Positions 60,746-64,000 of a DNA stretch of 64,000 bases are shown one piece after another. The notes beneath the pieces were generated by a model. It made no database searches. It was not told the origin of the DNA and worked only from the letters and a program-made list of their open reading frames with translations. The first letter of the stretch is position 1; every line of letters starts with the position of its first letter. The position numbers and the translations under genes were made by a program. Source of the DNA: Malacoraja senta (Eukaryota); NCBI GenBank assembly GCA_038087875.1, contig CM075990.1, positions 4,404,001 to 4,468,000 on the forward strand, written 5' to 3'.

Positions 60746-62525
60746 CATTGTTCCTGTTCAGATCTTCATTTTGTGAAGGTATTTGTTTTGTTCTAAATTG
60801 TCTGTGAGAATTTGGCTTTCAAACTATCGCAGCACTAAATGGTCAAATCAGCCTTCATGGTAAATGGAAGAACTTAAAACATGAATGGTGTTTAAAGCAT
60901 ACTGGTAATTATAAACAAATGGCACTATTGGCATACACCTTTTGCCTCTGCAGATGGTGCCTAACGTACCAGGTTATCTCAGTGTTTGCCTTTTAGTTCT
61001 AAATTCCAGCATCTGCCTTATCTTTTGTCCTAATAATTATAAAATCCACATGTGCTATAAATCGTAAATAGTGCAATTACTGATGTTGTTGAAGCAAAGT
61101 ATTGAGCTAAGTGCATATTTCAGCACAGCTTGTACAATTCATAAATTTCAGCCGGTAGACCTTGCATGGCAGAGATCCAAGAGGCTTTGTTTCTACAGTA
61201 GCAACATTGAAAGTATTTCCTGTCAGTGGGAAATATTTTTGTATTTGATACTTAAAGAATTGAAAATATTTTCTGACTCGAGGGTTTTCATTTTGGGGGA
61301 AAAAATATGAATAGTCATGATTTTTAATGGGGCCAATACGATTCTGTGCCAAACGCGGGAACCATAATGTGACGGAAGTATAGATACTAGAATCCCAGTG
61401 AGTTTGAAGACAGTGGGAACCAGGGTTCCTATGAATTTGAATAAAGAATGGGAACTGGAGCGTTTGAAAAAGATTATGGAACTGGGGTCTCAGTGAGTTT
61501 GAAGAGGGCAGAGGAACTGGGGTCCCAATAACTTGGAAGGGAACACGGGAACCAGGGTGCTGTACATTAAAGAGAGTGTGCAAGTCAACACCTGTTGAGT
61601 CAAATGCTGAATCATCCAGATTTCCTACGTTGGCTAACAGATCAACTGAATTTTACTATACTGCTGAGAATAGAAATCTTAATATAAAATTTAAAAATAT
61701 CTGTAATAATCAGCAGGTGGGGAAACATCAGAAGAGAATTTCTGCAGTTGCAATAAAAAGTCGCCACCATGAATCAACTGTGTGTCCCAACATTTTCTGT
61801 TCTTCAGATTTTATTGCTGCTGCTTCACTTTTGATAAATCTGTTGGTTTCTAATGTTTAATGTTTTCATTGTTGAAAGGGTGAGAAAAGGAAATTGTGTG
61901 GTCATCAATGGTTTTGACTGTTCAGTTGCCAACAGCAAATGCTCTATGCTTTTATTTTCAGCTTACTCCTAAAGTGTAGAAGTTAATGGGTTAGTGATAT
62001 GGCCCAAATGAGGGAGTTAAGAGGTAGTGCAAAACACAAAGTTTTCTCTGAAGGACATGAATAGGCAACATTTTGGTCAGGACCCTTCTTCTGACTGGAG
62101 CATACAGTGTGAAGAATGGTCCCAAAATGCATTGTTTTGGGTTGGGGGTAGGAATTGGGAGGAATTGGGTAGGATTGTGATGGTATCTTAAGGAAATGGC
62201 AAAACTAGGAGACGGGAGCAATGAGATACCGATGTGAAGGTTAGGGAGAGGGAAGCTAAAGATGAAGAACAGGGAAGGAGGGAAGAAATTAAATATAAAG
62301 TTTGATTATGCGGTTTGCTCTACATATTTTACATGTTGAAGAAGGATGCCAAGCCTAGTTTCAATGTGAGTGATCCATGCTAAGCTCAGAAGCAAAGTAC
62401 ATGAGTATATTTAGGTTTCAATTTTAATTTGTGGTATTTTCTCCTCTCCATTTGATCACAGCCCCGTCAGAGGGAGTTTGTGATTTTCGAAGCTCTGCCA
62501 CTGTGCCACTAGGCATATTCCAAAT

Positions 62526-63456
62526 TAAAAAAAAAAAAAAATTTAAATTATTTTTATTAGAAGTACGGTAAATTACAGTAATACACAACACATATATCTT
62601 AATACATTTTTTGTACCGCTTCATTTTTTTGAGCTTTAAAAGAAAGATAGAAGTAAGAAAAGTAAAGAAAGTGCGCAAGAGTCGTGAAGTGCAAGAGAGT
62701 TTTGGGAAAAGAAAGCCCCTTAGAAAAGAAGTTAGAGAAGGAAGTAAAGTAAGAAAGTAGACCCTAGAAAAGAAAGAAAAAGAAAGTAGGAACAATTGCA
62801 GAAAGGGACTACCAACCAAGTCTGTTTTTGTTGTTTTACCTCCCATTACCAGGTCCTGATACCATTTATTTATTTATTTATTTATTAAATTACTATTGCA
62901 CCTCATGCTTGTAATAGGTTCAGAAACGTAGACCACGTCTTTTGGAATTGGTCTGCTTTACCTGCTAAGAGGAATCTCATCTCTTCCAGATGTAATGTTT
63001 CAAACATATTTGATGTCCACATTTTTATTGTTGGTGTGGGCGCATTTTTCCAGAATTTAAGTATGAGCTTTTTTCCCATTATTAGCCCGTAATTGAATAA
63101 ATTCTTCTGATACACGTTTAATTCAGGGATACCTTCCGATATTCCAAAAATGATCCATTCTGGTTTTGGTACCAGTTTTATTTTAATTAATTTTGAAAAA
63201 ATATCAAATATTTCATACCAGAATTTTTGGATTTTTGTACAAAAAACAAAAGAATGCGCTATGGTAGCTTCTTGACATAGACATTTATCACAGATTGGTG
63301 AAACATTAGGAAAGATTTTATTTAATTTAGTTTTTGAATAATATAGTCTATGTAATGTTTTGAATTGGATAAGCGTATGTCGTACGTTGATCGAACATTT
63401 ATGCACCTGTAGTAAATGATTATCCCAGCTCTCTTTTGAAATTTTTATAGCTAATT
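62526..63456 (-). mobile_element. L1-clade LINE, 5'-truncated (ORF2 C-terminal zinc domain + 3' UTR)
   Basis: IQFKTLHRLYYSKTKLNKIFPNVSPICDKCLCQEATIAHSFVFCTKIQKFW; AATAAA near the end; 12-bp TSD CATATTCCAAAT at 62514-62525 and 63457-63468. Confidence 0.92.
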
Positions 63457-63504
63457 CATATTCCAAATATTTAACGCGGGTGATGTTTCCCCTACCCATC
63501 TGTG

Positions 63505-63660
63505 AAGCTTACTAGGGCCCTGGGTCTAAGACTTACCTGGAGCTCAGCAGGGCCCTGGGTCACACACTTCCCTGAAGTTTACCAGGGCCCTGGGTCACAT
63601 CAGAGCCCTTGGTCCCTCCCTTGTCTGAAGCTCACCAGGTTCCGTGAAGCTCTCTGGGGC
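63505..63660. repeat. Degenerate ~35-bp minisatellite
   Basis: Recurring (gaagct/ggagct)..cagggccctgggtc core, 4-5 copies. Confidence 0.7.
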
Positions 63661-64000
63661 ACTTGAATCCTACACACTGTTTTAACTTACAGGGTTCACT
63701 GGGACATTTATTATAATATACTGTAACATTTACAAATAGTGAATTTGAAGATTGTTGGGTTATTAATGGGGAAAACATCCAATAGTCCAGAAAATCTGCC
63801 CATCCAGTACAGCCAAGATCCCAAGCATGCTGGATTATTGGTTGCACTGTATTTTTTTAAAGCGCCTTACAGACGGAGCACGTCAAATACTTTCCCTGCA
63901 AGATTGTGCTGATGCAAAGAAGATTCACTTGAAAGGGAAATAAATGATAATTAAAAAAAAAAAAAGGTTTTTAGTTGCATAAAATTAATATCTGAAAACC

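Noticed and set aside
63740..63852. Possible Tigger/Tc1-like MITE ending in CACTG-TA
   Set aside because: No matching second TIR could be identified.

Overview
Eukaryotic, repeat-dense, mostly non-coding vertebrate DNA. The repeat content (HER1-type CR1 LINEs, HE1-type V-SINEs, Penelope, Rex1/Babar) points to a cartilaginous fish, probably a skate or ray; this is an inference. No intact multi-exon gene is visible. The only host-gene candidate is a + strand exon at 54677-54861 encoding a signal-peptide-like start, so the window is probably long introns or upstream sequence of a secreted or cell-surface protein gene. Almost all ORFs in the track are transposon fragments, antisense shadows or microsatellite artefacts. 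Notable structures: (1) about 15 copies of a Penelope-derived unit with a minimal hammerhead-ribozyme core, several as 100-210 bp inserts with their own target-site duplications (TSDs) or as inverted pairs; (2) a non-autonomous Helitron (3419-4653) carrying minisatellites and a canonically spaced CCAAT/GC/TATA/Inr promoter; (3) an IR/DR Tc1 transposon (55295-59348) split by a HERO-like RLE retrotransposon; (4) three Harbinger-type MITEs; (5) an L1 3' fragment with a 12-bp TSD and a T-run where poly(A) is expected; (6) a chimeric Penelope/CR1 insertion containing an inverted copy of flanking DNA. I found nothing I can claim as a wholly new system. The hammerhead mini-elements and the promoter-bearing Helitron are the best leads. 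Family assignments come from motif recognition by eye, not database searches, and boundaries of degenerate copies are approximate.
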